Origin: Octopus vulgaris
Lineage: Eukaryota
Assembly (NCBI GenBank): GCA_951406725.2
Contig: OX597821.1
Coordinates: 26,784,001 to 26,848,000 of the forward strand
Direction of reading: 5' to 3'
DNA length: 64,000 bases
Under the pieces are notes generated by a model. That model saw only the letters and a program-made list of their open reading frames with translations, ran no database searches and had not been told where the DNA came from. Positions 26,226 through 40,624 of the stretch are shown here, piece after piece (the stretch's first letter is position 1; every line of letters begins with the position of its first letter). The position numbers were made by a program, and so were the translations under genes.

Positions 26226-26562
26226 CGGTTTGCGGCAAGTTTCTGTTACTTTTTTGATATCAGTGGCCTTTCAACAGGGACATCAATACACACAGTATCA
26301 AGGTATGATATGATATATGGAAATTTACGTAGCAGAATACAAACATGACAAATTTAACTGTTTCTCCTTATATTGAATAACTGACGAACAAGCTTAATCA
26401 GACATCAGAAGTGTCTGTATAACTTGACCAGCAAGAAACACTTCCTTAAAACGCTGCACAGCGGTAATGAAGCCAAGATTAGTTGACCACGAAGTGTACT
26501 TATGAATCATACAGAATGTCTGGATATATCGCTCTTTATTTCTCCCTCGCTTTTTCTTACTT

Positions 26563-26633
<71 letters not shown>

Positions 26634-26824
26634 TATATATATGTCTATGTATATGTATATAAAAACGTAAATGGATGAAAGAATTATCCTTTCTTTACCG
26701 TTAACATGGAAAATTCAATAAACAGTTACCAGGGTAGCAAAATTGACGCAAGTAACACGGATGAAGCGACCTATTCAAAGGTAGAAACTCCGGGTTAATG
26801 TGCAGTAATTTGTGTAGTATAAAG

Positions 26825-26989
26825 AAATAAATGGAGTTGAACGAAGATGTTATTAAAATTCGTTTACTTTCGACATATGTTTCGAAGACAACACCGTTTA
26901 TTCCTTTGGAATAAAACCAATGTTGTCTTCGAAACATATGTAGAAAGTAAAAGAATTTTAATAACATCTTCGTTCAACTCCATTTATTT
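26825..26989. repeat. Near-perfect 165-bp palindrome
   Basis: aaataaatggagttgaacgaagatgttattaaaattc...gaattttaataacatcttcgttcaactccatttattt, centred on ttcc-ttt-ggaa. Confidence 0.95.
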
Positions 26990-26994
26990 ACTTA

Positions 26995-27054
<60 letters not shown>

Positions 27055-27073
27055 CACACATATATGTATACAT

Positions 27074-27107
<34 letters not shown>

Positions 27108-27450
27108 GACCAAGTTGTAACTTCCTTCAACTGATATATGTGCATATAGTTATATATAAAAATCTATGCGTATACATATATGTATATAGGCATATATGTG
27201 TGTATGTCAAAAATTGTGAAGCATGACTGTCAACACTACTACATGAACCCGAAGATTGCAGAATTCAATGCATGAAAGTACTAGTTCAATCAGAATGAAT
27301 ATTTAACATTCTACTATTTCATTTTATTTTATTCAATTATAATATATTATCTTATAATATATCATTATAAGACTGTAAATAAAACGTGAAAATCAGACAA
27401 GGTTGGAATTCTTTTTATTAATATATTCTTCTATACACAATCACACACAC

Positions 27451-27518
<68 letters not shown>

Positions 27519-27537
27519 GTATATGCGTATGCATGCA

Positions 27538-27592
<55 letters not shown>

Positions 27593-27893
27593 GTGTGTGT
27601 GTGTATACAGACACACATTCAGCAAATAGATATAAAAATCTTCACCTCTTCCGGCCAAATTTTTTTATAACACATCTGTAGAAGTTGACACTTTCCCGTC
27701 AATTCATGGCTTGTCTTAGCGACCATGTTGCATCTATTATTCACTTTCAATCTACTCTTTCGTTCTACAACATTTCACTTCCCTCCATCATTGTTAGAAT
27801 TACAAACTATAATTGTTAACAGAATACTTTTGTTGCTGACACAAAAAGCTAGATAAAGAGAAAGAGAAAGAGGGAGAGAGAGACAGAAAGGAG

Positions 27894-27957
<64 letters not shown>

Positions 27958-28245
27958 TGTGTATGTGTGAGAGAGACAACAGACAGGGAGAGTTTCACAT
28001 TCAATAGAAATTTCAATGGCATTTTACAAATTTCCTTCGCGATCACTTATTTCATGGCGTGATTCGGGCGGAACTGAATCCTAACCGCATAAATGGAGAA
28101 AAAAAATGTCGACTCGGAAACGCAAACGACAAAATGTACTTAGTATCTGTATATAAGCTGTTAGAAGAGTATAGCACACACGCACACACACACACAAAAC
28201 ATACACACACACACACACACGCACACATACACACACAGATATAGT

Positions 28246-28277
<32 letters not shown>

Positions 28278-28309
28278 GTGTGTATATATGCGTGTGTGTT
28301 TATATATAT

Positions 28310-28344
<35 letters not shown>

Positions 28345-28371
28345 CATACATATATATATATATATACACAT

Positions 28372-28437
<66 letters not shown>

Positions 28438-28525
28438 GTGAAAGAGGGAGAAGAAACAAACTTTGGCAACATTCAGCACGCATGGAGTTGGCTTTAACTG
28501 CTCTCTCTCCTAGTCTTTGTCTTTA

Positions 28526-28607
<82 letters not shown>

Positions 28608-29709
28608 CACAAGATACATGTACAGATACATGAATACACATATTCAGATACTTATATGCACATATATATGTATAGATATGTAGACACACAAACGCACAAA
28701 GACACATACAGACACACATACACACATATAACATAAATATAAATACATACATAATTGTATGTATATTTCCATATTTACATAAATATGGTATTTCCGAATA
28801 TCTTACTTAAAATATGAAATCAAAGGAATTCTAAAAAAGTTTCAGGAAATCATAAGTGACAGCCCTAACATGGCTGCAGCCTAAACACAAGAGTAAATAT
28901 ACGAGAAACCATTTTTACTCGCAAACAAACACATTTTACTTTAAGTGTATGAATAAAACTTCTAAAATGCTTGCGTCAGTGTTATGGGTAATTGAAATTG
29001 TCAATAATGAATACTTAACTGGTTTATATTTCCATTTAAACGCAGGTGTTCTTGTTTTCTGATAAGTTAATTCTACGTAAACAATAACCAGACTTTCGGA
29101 AGAAGATGACACGACAGATCCATGAATTTAGATTAGATCTGGATTGATACAGGAGAGATCATTCTAATAATCAAACAAAATGACAAGAAAGAAGGAGCGA
29201 AAAGGCAATTGAACGAAGTTTAAGTTCATGTCAGTATAAGGCGATCTCGACAGCCAGAACCACCAAATGTGAATACTCTGCAACAGCAACGACCAAAACT
29301 GACACCATATTAAATAATACACTATGGCAGAAAATACTCGCATTTATTACTTTTCCATCTTTATTTCTTTCTCTCTCTCTTTCTCTAATGCTCAAACAAT
29401 TACACCGTCTTGAAGGAATTTTAAACGAACAAATAGATCATAGTGCTTAGTTTTGAAGTGAAGTAGTTATTCTATGGAGTTTTTGATGAACCACAGAGTT
29501 ACGTGGGAGTAAAAAACAATAACACCATTTACCAAACAGTAAGGTAACACACCTAGATTCTTCACCACACAGAGCCTACGGATGTTTGTTGACAACTTTT
29601 TCCGCCTTATAAAGGTAATAATACCCAATTTTTTGGGTGTTTTAACAGTGATAATGCGTTCGAAATATTACTTTCTTGTCTGTATCGCACGATACATTTT
29701 CGGCGCTTC

Positions 29710-29803
<94 letters not shown>

Positions 29804-29844
29804 ACACACACACACGTACACTCACACAGATATATATATACACA

Positions 29845-30002
29845 CGACCGGCTTCTTTCAGTGTCCGTGTAACAAATCCACTCACAAGGCTTTAGTCGGC
29901 CTGAGCCTATAGTATAAGATACTTGTTCAATGCACCATTCAGAAGGGCGAAATCTGAAACCATGTGGTTGGAAACCTAACTTTTTACCACACAGCCACGC
30001 CA
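29845..30002 (-). mobile_element. SINE family S2
   Basis: ggcttctttcagtgtccg..aaatccactcacaaggctttagtcggcctgag..accacacagccacgcc. Confidence 0.85.
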
Positions 30003-30013
30003 ACGACTATAGG

Positions 30014-30120
30014 AAAAAAAAATGGAACGCATCATGAATTTGCTTGTTTACCTTGCACGTAGGGTGTCATGTTAATTTTCTCTGTCTCCTAATTTATTTC
30101 AAAACGTTCTGCCGTGTTGA
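30014..30120 (-). pseudogene. U6: U6 snRNA pseudogene (diverged, near full length)
   Basis: Reverse strand cggcagaacg..acagagaaaattaacatgacacccta..caagg..gcaaattcatgatgcgttccattttt aligns with U6 (ACAGAGA box, 3' AAATTCGTGAAGCGTTCCATTTTT) with many substitutions. Confidence 0.85.
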
Positions 30121-31066
30121 TCTTTTTCGGTTTTCGTCTCCCATCCGTCGTTTAATCCACCGATACCTTTTCTCTCTAGATCAAATCTAATTATTGCTCT
30201 CTTTCGTGCATCCATGTATATTTTATAGTTTTAGATGCATTTGCGATGTCCACGTTTCTTTCAAAGGAATTACATACAATGGAAGAATGGTTTCAGCGGG
30301 GATTCTATATTCTCATTAGAAAAATGACAACCCATTATATGGTGCGGGCTGCGTTATACAGATTTCTTACCTAGAGGCATAGCCTCATTTATTTAAAGTT
30401 TAGAGGTATGATCTTATGTGACGTTGAAGACCTTCTGGCGTTAGAATGTAATAAGATGGGAAATAAATGGAAATGTTCGCTAGCTTACCACCATACCATG
30501 ATTCAGCTGATAAATGGAGTTTTACGCAGGTACAAGGTTTCAGTTTTACAAGATAAAGGTGAACGTTTGGTGTGTCATTGTTTTCTTTATTAAACATGTT
30601 ACCAGAAAGATGAAGTGAAATCGCTGCAGGCTGGATTTCAAAGTGGAGTCGCAATTACTTCAGCATAATCTAATAACACACCTGGTATGTGTATGTGCTT
30701 CAAGCGTTTTATGTAAGTAAAATTCTAATGCAAAGGAGTGTTAGTTAATGTCGCAAGGAAATAATTTTTTAAATAATTTGCGCAAAATGTGTCATTATAA
30801 TATTAAAGAATACTAGATGACGAAATAAAGAATAAAATATCATTGACTATAACATTTTCACCATAAAGCAGAGATTAAAAGGTACAACCCTGATGGCTAA
30901 TAACAAACATTCGAAATTTTATCACTCAGAATTAAAGTAATGCAATGAAATTAAGATATAGCTCTAGAAACCTGAAATGACCACATAATGTCTGACCGTA
31001 CTGTTATATTAGGTTCTTTGGCTTAGAAAAGGACAGCTAGCCATGGCTAGATATCCATTTCGCACC

Positions 31067-31105
<39 letters not shown>

Positions 31106-31276
31106 GATAATATATATATATATATGTTATCCCAATACATAGAGGAAACTTTATTGATGCACACTTTCCAGTTATACAGATATTCACCCTAAGACGAATT
31201 TCAAGGTCTAATTTATCGAAGTCGATATTAAAAGAAAACACGAAAAAAAGAGACGCAAAGTTGGTCTTGCTGCCAA

Positions 31277-31516
31277 TACGAGGTGTTTTCAAAACGCATC
31301 CGGCTTTGCTTTTTCCGCTAAAGCTAATACCGCATGGGCAATATCCTCTGGATGAAAGTTGTAACAACTTTTCTTGTGCATGCGTGAACATTTTCGCACG
31401 AGTAGGCCGCATTAGTTCTCGACTGTTATGCCGAGATTACAGACGTTTAGTGTGCGCTCGTCGGATTTTCGTCTTCAACGAACTCATTGAGCAGAGATAT
31501 TCCATGAAGTTTCACT
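31277..31516 (+). mobile_element. Mariner 5' fragment (left TIR and transposase N-terminus)
   Basis: TAcgaggtgttttcaaaacgcatccgg TIR-like start; [10 protein letters not shown] resembles the mariner N-terminal EQR..IKF. Confidence 0.6.
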
Positions 31517-31634
31517 AATTTTCAGACCTATATTCCAAACTTTTGGCCTAGTAATATATTGCAAGGTAAATATATGCACATGTGCGGCGTATTTGGGCGT
31601 GTGTTTGTGTGTTTGAGTACGAATGTATATGCAC

Positions 31635-31701
<67 letters not shown>

Positions 31702-31717
31702 CATATACATACATACA

Positions 31718-31753
<36 letters not shown>

Positions 31754-32372
31754 TATATAGATATATATATTTATGCATATCTGTATATATATGTGTGTAA
31801 TGAGAGTATATGTATGTGGGTCTATGAAGAACCACATTCATAGATGTATACATATGCGCATATATGTATGTATGTATGTATGCACACAGTGTGCATGTGA
31901 TGTCTGTAGGTATAAACATATATGTTGGGATTATAGTTTAGCAGGTAGCATAAACTGAGTTGATGACGGAAACAGGTGCCTAGGTGCCAAGGAAAATGGT
32001 GCTTTGATATGTTAGGAAAACTGCTGAGACGTGCGAAAATGAAAAACTAAGAAAAAATTTCGCAAGAATATAATTTAAACCAAAAATCACTAACTATTTA
32101 ACAAAACAAAACTCTCTATTTCGACAAGAAAGCAATAACGAACAACAGCAGAAAGAACAAAATTAAACAATTAACCGCCAGACTTAATGACGACAAGAAT
32201 GAACTAATAAGAAAAACAAAAACAAAAAACATGTGGTAGCAATTCAAGCGTTAAGAACAAGGTAGACAGCAAAACATGAGTAATAAGAGCAAAAGGATAA
32301 AGTGTGTCTGCGTGTGCATGTGCGTATGTATGTGTGCGAGTACGTGTGTTTTTGTATATGTGTGTATATGAG

Positions 32373-32404
<32 letters not shown>

Positions 32405-33009
32405 CGCGTATGTGCAGGTGTGTGTACACGTGAAAGTGTATACGAAAGCCAAATCAAATTCAACAAGATCTCGCGTGAATACACAAATTCACGGACACTC
32501 ATCAACCTACAGAAAAGTACACCTAACCTTGCCACCTACTTTCATTTCAGTAAATTATGCAGATTACTTTGGCCATCACTGTTTTCTACTTTGTTTTGCA
32601 TAAGTCGAAGTCTTTTGGCTATTGGAAATGAAGTCGGACAACTGTCGTACTGATATCGTACTAATGATTATCTTTCTTTCCCATGCGGAGTTAGTCATAA
32701 CAATGATGTGTTCTTTCCAGGCGGAGATGATTTCAATAAATGAAAATAATTTGTTGCATGGTATTTGACAGTGTTATTCAAATAAATGCCACTAGGTTCT
32801 AGATTTTCTGTAAATATGTCGGTGGCGCGTATTCAGTTGTTTGAATAACTGAACTATCTACACATTGACCTGATGCATATGAAGCTGAGAATTCAATAAG
32901 CATGTTTACCCTAAACTGCAGGCTCAGCGTGTTCCGGCTTGAGATAAGGATAGTCTTTTGAATTATAGGCCTAATCTATCAAGTGAGCTTAGATAACTTA
33001 TGTTTTCGT

Positions 33010-33096
33010 TATCATTAGCCCAAGCCATTACCTGCCTAGGTATATCATTAGCCCAAGCCATTACGGGCTCAAGCCATTACAGGCTCAAGCCATTAT
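33010..33096. repeat. Short minisatellite built on gcycaagccatta
   Basis: The motif occurs four times at 33-, 17- and 17-bp spacing. Confidence 0.85.
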
Positions 33097-35094
33097 TAAC
33101 CCTGACATTCCTTAGCTCAGACCATGTCTAACAAGATAGCATTATCTGGAATTACCTTTGAAGTCACATTTTAGGGATTTGCTTGGCGAAATGTATTGGG
33201 GTATTAGTCGTTTATTTGGCATCTTTTTAAAGGAATGTAACATTTGCCTGCTATGGGATGTTCTTCTCCATTGATTTTTTTCGGGGTAATGTTGAATAAA
33301 GCAGGATCAGCTGAGATAAGAAAAAACCCGACCCCCCCCAAAAAAAACAAGCAATTATACTACGTGAACGATGTTGAGTTTTAAAAAGAAGTATGATACG
33401 GAAGCGTAATCAACCCAGCTTTACTCGTAACACTAAGATTTTGATAGATCCAAGTCTATGGTAAAGGTTTCTTTCCAAAGATGCTACACAGCTTGATCGA
33501 AATAACTGCAAAACGGGTTCCCTAAACCATTCGCCACGCTGCGAGTACATAATGTGTTCGTTATAGCACACATATAATGACAGGTAATGGGCAAACCAGT
33601 TACATTTTATGAAACTAGCATTAAGGGCGTGCTGGTAACTTTTGTCAGAAGTGAATTTTCAGTAATATAACAAGACTTCGACTGTTCAATAAATTATCAA
33701 ATTAATTAATTAAGTTCGTCAATGAACTACAGTCAGTACATGAGAGTTTATTGACAGAATGATGCTTCTTAAATACTAGAACATCTGTTTCAATATACGA
33801 TTTTACATGAAACAATTTGAAAAATATATACACAGACACTAATATACATACGTGTGTATGTTGGCCTCATGTGTGATTGTGTGTGTTTATATACACTGTT
33901 TGTGCGCACGAGCGTGTATACATTCATATATTATTTGTTTGTAAATTCTTATTTACGCGCAGAAAAGACGACGATGAAATAAAGAGTTGTATTAGCCAGG
34001 GTCTAGACGTATTGATTGATTTAATTTCTGAGAAATTTATTATGAAGTAAAACATTGCTTGGATAGCTTATAAGTCTCTATGTCGATTTGAATTTTCCAT
34101 TTATATCATAAACGTGTCTCTTCTTTACTATTGGGATTACACAGATGGAGAAAGATATAAATTAATATGTTGAGTGTATATCATTTGATTTAGATGGAGA
34201 CTTTCCAATTATATGTATGTCCATAGTAAGACAGATTTCAAAAGCTGATTTATTTCAGCAAGGATTAAAAAAAAAAAGGAGAAAAGAAAAGTAATAAAAA
34301 TTGGTTTTGCTACGAAAATAAATGACTTTCTTTATATGAAAGATATTCATTTCATAATTTCGATTGAGCGGAGAAGAAAATATGAATAAAATACAAATAT
34401 AAACAAATCAACAAAAAACGAATCTTTGGAAGCTATATATTTATTATACATGGAATATATGTAAAATGGGAAAAATAATATATAACCAGTGTAAGTTTCT
34501 GCTTCCTTTCTTTGAGTTGGAAGTGCATATTGGTACTACTTCGACTCCAAGAACCAAATTGCATCACTATGTCAGAACATACAAATGAAATCATAATAAG
34601 CGTGCAAGAAAAGTGACGTTAAGGCGTCGATCGTTCATTCCATTACTGCAATGTTCTTTTTGCTATGTTGATTTTCCCAAAAGTAAAATTAGGGCTGAAA
34701 AGCACAACTAATTTAATAACTAATAAAGTACAGAATGACATCATTGGTTTAAGTTATAAACTGCGAATTGTACTTGTTCGTAATAACTATATTAACATAC
34801 TAATTTGTCTTAACATACTAAATTATACTGCTGTCATCTTTTTAATGCCATGTGAGCTCTCATTTCCTTTTAATATATATCCAGGACTACATTGTCCAAT
34901 ATGCCCTTCCTTTTAAAGGAAATACGGGTATTTCGGCTTTAGGGTGTATAGACCCAACTTGCAGGTAACTTAACATACACCAGGAAAACGGGAGAGTCAT
35001 CGACATTTTCATAGAAATTTTGCATTTGGAGGCTAGGCGGGATAGCGGATTAATAAAATTTCTCTATTCGTTCAGCATTTAGAATTCTCCCTTA

Positions 35095-35303
35095 CTTGGT
35101 TGAATCGTTAGCATGCCGGGCAAAATGCTTAGCAGCATGGCGTCCGGCTTTATATTCTGAATTCAAATTCCGCCGAGGTCGACTTTACTTTTCATTCTTA
35201 CGGGGTCAATAAAATGAGTACCGTTTGAATACTGGGATCGATGTAATCGACTTAGCCTTTCTCCCGAAATTGCTAGCCTTATGCCAAAATTTGAAACCAA
35301 TAT
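35095..35303 (+). mobile_element. SINE family S1
   Basis: gaatcgttagcatgccggg..ttcaaattccgccgaggtcgact..gatgtaatcgact..ccaaaatttgaaacc. Confidence 0.9.
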
Positions 35304-36563
35304 TCTCCTAAAATCGATCAAACGAAGAAACTCCGTGGTTGAAAGGCCTGCAACGACATATCTCGTAAATCACAATGTACCAGACTAAAGAAATAAAAGA
35401 AAGAACTAACACATTGCATAATGTACTTCTTGATAGCTACATCACATATGAAGTTTATAAACTCTTATAGTTGCACAAAATATATTCACATAACATTAGT
35501 TTAGCTCTTCTCTGACAAGATTCTAGTAAATTTCTAGATTGCGATATTTCATATTGTAAAGCTCTTCCTAACACTTTTATAAAGGAAGTTGTAATTGTAA
35601 CATTCTCATAAGTCATGCATACTCTTTGGTTACTGCCTGCAACAGTCCTGAGAATGACTCTAAACTGCATCTATTAGTTGACCCAGGTTCAGGAGTTCCA
35701 GGATTTCGAAGCGGGTGGCAGTATCATTTAGCGACTACTGTTCTTAGGTCTGACCCGGAGTTGTAGCACGTGTCATGATCCCAGCTATAGGATACTGCGA
35801 ACGTGTTCATTTGTCCTTCCTACATGGCGCATACATGAGTGGAATGATGGTAAGTGCACCTGGAGCCAGGTATTTACTTCTGGAAAGGAGCCATGCACAG
35901 CAGAGTTGGTTAAGCTATTGTCTTTGCAATTCCGTCGACCAACGACGAAAAAAGAGCCACCCATTGCCAACAATGAAGGTTTTACAGTACGCACCAAATG
36001 CTGGTTATTACACGTGGTTTCTATATTAAAGCGTAAGTCCACTTTCATGTAGATCATCCATTGCCTTATCTGTACTATTCACCAGTTCAACCAATATGAT
36101 GATATTACTATCTTGAACATAATCTAAAAATATTAATAAAATAAATTGGCGACTTCTTTAAAGAGAGATCTATGAAAAGAGCTATCTCACATTAACATCT
36201 AGATATCATCAGAAAGTTGTCCTAACAATATGAAAGAATCGCCTAATAGATTTTGAAAAGCTGAAATTTCAAATATCCTAAGATATCTAAAACATTAGAG
36301 AAAGAACGTTCACATCGTAATCAACGCTTGTTCGGAAATCACATGTTCTTAACTTCTAAAGAAACTTATAACGTAAGCACTTACATCTTTGTTCTGTACG
36401 ACTTTTAATGACATCATCGTCCCGACAGATGTTTTGGAGGGAGTTTCAAGAGACTTGCGAACGATGAATTATCAAACGAACAGAGATAAAGAGATAACGC
36501 CACCGCCGCCGTCGCCGCCACCAACACCAAAACCACCACCACAACAACAACAACAAGAACAAT

Positions 36564-36615
<52 letters not shown>

Positions 36616-37194
36616 GTTCATGTCCTTTAAAGTAGCAGACACATGAAGGAAATTAAGAAATTTCTAAAGCAATGAAGTAAAATAAATGTACGATGTAAGC
36701 AGTGATTTAGTTGAATATCCGATAGAAGTCTCTTCACTTTCGCAATTAATGCTCAGATGTATTTGTAATGGTGTGTATGTTATTGTTGTTTTTGTTAATG
36801 CTAATGTTGTATTTGCTTTTGACGTGGACATTGCTGTACAATGTACAAGAAATTTCCAGCTGAATAGAAAATTCGAACTGGTTTCGATTCACTGTTGCAG
36901 CTAGTTAATCTATTTTGAGTCTTTAATTCTTTTACTGGGGAAAACGCAAACGTCGTAAATACTGGCGTAAGAGAGCAACAACAGATTTTAGCAAATATAT
37001 GAATATGTAAAAAGAATTGGTGAACATCTTGTGTCACGAACAATTATTTTTTATCTTGTTGTATAATCCAGATTAACATTCATTGAAAAATATCTATGAA
37101 ACGGTAACATAGCTATAACAGTTACGTATATTGCATTAAATATGTCTTTTTTTCTATGAAGAAGACAACGTGTGATCTAAAAGAAATTTCCTTT

Positions 37195-37482
37195 CTATTT
37201 ATTGTAAGTCAAGCGGCGTGACGATGTAGGAACTCTTAAACTTAATTGCTTAGTTAAAGGATAGTACTTATGATCCTTTTTTGGTGCCACCGGAGCAGAT
37301 GAGAAAAGATTGTCCTCAACCGGAGTCTTAACCTCATTGTTTGTAACATAGTGGACTCCACCAGAGGCAACCGAGGGCAAAGGGTAGCGATAATCGGTTG
37401 GCGGTACATCGTTACTGTCATTGCTTGAGCTAAAAGCCTTTAACAATTGGAATATACTAGACTGAATATGTGAGTCGGGCTT
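37195..37482 (-). CDS. Candidate terminal coding exon of an unknown gene
   Basis: Non-repetitive, relatively GC-rich open frame (KPDSHIQSSIFQLLKAFSSSNDSNDVPPTDYRYPLPS...LTYNK*) preceded by ggttttgtttaaggtAG. No domain recognised. Confidence 0.25.
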   Translation of the reverse strand, partial: KPDSHIQSSIFQLLKAFSSSNDSNDVPPTDYRYPLPSVASGGVHYVTNNEVKTPVEDNLFSSAPVAPKKDHKYYPLTKQLSLRVPTSSRRLTYNK

Positions 37483-37579
37483 CTACCTTAAACAAAACCA
37501 TGACGCATATATGAATGAGGCCATGCATAATTTTTTTATGTAGAAACAAAGGTTCTATCTTTATATTAGAAATTACTAT

Positions 37580-37758
37580 TCGTTTCAAATTTTGGCACAA
37601 GGCCAGCAAGTTCGGAAGAGTTGTTAAGCCGAATACATCAACTGCTACTCTTTTCATTGACTCAGAAAAGATAAAAGGTAAAGCCGACCCCAGGGAATTT
37701 AGAATTTGAACGTAAAGGAGGACGAGAAGCCGTTAATCATTTTGCCCGGTGTGCCGAC
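37580..37758 (-). mobile_element. SINE family S1, degenerate
   Basis: gtttcaaattttggcacaaggccagca..tttgcccggtgtgccgacgattctgccagctcgctgcc. Confidence 0.75.
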
Positions 37759-38887
37759 GATTCTGCCAGCTCGCTGCCTGACATTAAAATGTAATGTTGA
37801 TAGTGTGTCCACACATATATCCCGGGCAGATATTAAGCTTCATCCGAATGGTAGACGTCTGTTAAGGATCTTAGGAGTTTTGAGGGGAAGATGGAGTTAC
37901 TTTTAACGTGATTGCTCCCATGCACGCTCTAGCCCAGGCCAGCAGTACTTGACAAGGATCCCTAGTTATGGGTGAAATAACAGAATATATTTATGTGGGG
38001 CTCGGATGAGGGCTGTTCTATAGGTATGCGTCACAGGTCCACCGGTGGATATGCTTTGATGTTATGTGAAACATTACCATGCATAAGGTTTAAATAGGCC
38101 CTGGCTGCATCTAGATTAAATAGGCCCTGCCCTGCGAAGAGGCAGGAAACTAATGGCATAAACTCTGAAAAAAAAACCGTCAAAAGGCAACTGGAAACAG
38201 CTGTGGTATCTTACCAAGGTAAAATCCTGAATCTTCAGATTAGTGAATGGAGGGTACTTGGAGACAGTCTGAAAGAAAATGAAGACGTGTGACGTAGTAG
38301 TTGGGGTGCTCGGCTCATGATAATAAGGTCTTGGGTTCAAATACTGGAGTAGGCGGACTTGCGACTTTGAGTAAGGCCCTCCTTACATGCATACATACAT
38401 ACATGAGAGTGTTTCACTGTCTGCTTACGGCTACATTGCAAACGCATAGCACACGTTATCAAGACAGTCACTCGTGAGCATCGTCTGGCTGTACTCTAAG
38501 TATTAACACCCTCGTTACCATATTTATTCTCAAATGCACTACCTTTGTTTTACTTTATCATAACCCGGAACAATTTAGTAAAATAATTGTCATATCAGGC
38601 TGGTATTTGAAAGGTAAATTAACATGAAATTTTGAAGAAAGGTTTTTGAATCTAGATCATTATAAAGCAATGCATTTATATAAGAGGACGAGGGACAGTC
38701 TCAGGTGTGCTAGGATTACAAGGATGCGAATCTTTTTTGAATCCTACAAATGTCACAGTAGCTTCAACCACAAATCGAATGTGAAATCACTAAAATTTAT
38801 GGCAAAATGTCACTGATGTATTACGAGTATTTATGCAAATGATAATAAAGTGTGATATTCAATTTAGAACCTTCCCACAGAAGACAT

Positions 38888-39175
38888 AAAGAGAGAGAGA
38901 GAGAGAGAGAGAGGGAGGGAGGGAGAGAGAAGGGAGAAAAGGGAGAGAGAGAAAGAAGATGAGTGAGAGTGAGAGAAAGAAGATGAGTGAGAGTGAAAGA
39001 GAATTAGAAACAGAGAGGAGGGGAGAGAAAAGGGAGAGAGAGAAAGAGAAACAGAGAAAGAGAGGGGGAGAAAAGGGAGAGAGAGAAAGAGAATGAGTGA
39101 GAGTGAGAGAGAATGAGAAGCAGAAAGAGAGAGAGAGAGAGATGGAGAGAGAGGTGGGGAAGAAAGAAGAAGAAA
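38888..39175. repeat. Long polypurine (GA-rich) tract
   Basis: ~290 bp almost all A/G on the + strand. Confidence 0.95.
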
Positions 39176-39584
39176 TATCAAATACGGTGGCCCTAAAACA
39201 AAAGAAACAAGTACTGAAGTAATAATGACAAAAAAACTGTGTAGAAATACGGGAGATATTTGTAATAAGATGAAAACCAGAAGAAAGCCAAGAATTGTAA
39301 AAAATAAATAAATAAATAAATAAATAAATAAAAATAACAATAAACAATCAGTGCATAGCAGACAAATGGATATATTTCGGAAGGTGGAAAGACAGAAATA
39401 TAGCTATAAAAGAGTAACCATAGATTAAGGAAAAGAAAAGTCAATACGACATTGTTTTAAAAATAGATAAAAAGTTTCTTCGAAAGAATAACGTTCCATT
39501 TATGGCGGGAAGCAAACGGAAGAAGAGGTCAGTAAATTCGTGACTGATTTATAAAATTCAAAGTGTGTGACATTACGTGGTCAT

Positions 39585-40430
39585 ATACATACGTACGTAC
39601 ATACATACATACATACGTACATGCATACATACATACATAATACATACATACATACACACATACACAGATACGCACATACATACGTACATACATACATACA
39701 TACATACATACATACATACATACATACATACACACATACACAGATACGCACATACATACGTACATACATACATAATACATACATACACACACACACATAC
39801 ATACATACATACATACATACATACTTTCATACATACACGGATACACAGATACATACATACATACATACATACATACATACACACACATACATACATACAT
39901 ATTTACATACATACACACACACATACATACATACATATTTACATACATACACACACACATACATACATACATACATACATACATACGTACATACATACAT
40001 ACATACATACATACATACATACATACATACATAATACATACGTACATACATACATACATACATACATACATACATAATACATACATACATAAATACATAC
40101 ATGCATACATAATACATACATATATACATACACACATACATAAATACATACATACATAATACATACATACATAAATACATACATACATACATACATAAAT
40201 TCATACATACATACATACATAGATTCATACATACATACATACATAGATAGATTCATACATACATACATACATAAATACATACATACGTAATACATACATA
40301 CATACGTAATACATACATACATACATACGCAGATACACAGATACGCACATACATACGTGCATACACACGTACGCATACGCGCATACATATACGCACACAC
40401 TCACACTAACACACACACATACACACACTC
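39585..40430. repeat. ~850-bp degenerate (TACA)n microsatellite with higher-order subunits
   Basis: Read directly; recurring interruptions such as cacagatacgcacatacatacg. Confidence 0.97.
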
Positions 40431-40534
40431 AAACACACGTATATATTCGCATATTAATACACACCCTACACTTTTTAAACACAACTATGCATATATGTTT
40501 ATGTATATATGCGTGTAGGTATATATGCATCATC

Positions 40535-40576
<42 letters not shown>

Positions 40577-40591
40577 TATATATATAGAAAC

Positions 40592-40624
<33 letters not shown>

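Noticed and set aside
30404-30529. 126-nt AG..GT-bounded open frame (possible internal exon)
   Set aside because: Weak splice signals and no recognisable homology; expected by chance.
38160-38210. gaaacagctgt hammerhead-like half (similar remnants at ~2995, ~7010, ~16625, ~20490, ~43370)
   Set aside because: The CUGANGA core or the stems are missing; too decayed to call.
39490-39560. Hox/Pbx-like motifs (tttatgg, tgatttat; also tttacga near 8045 and 11570)
   Set aside because: Short AT-rich words are frequent by chance; no homeobox or Hox-linked miRNA was seen.
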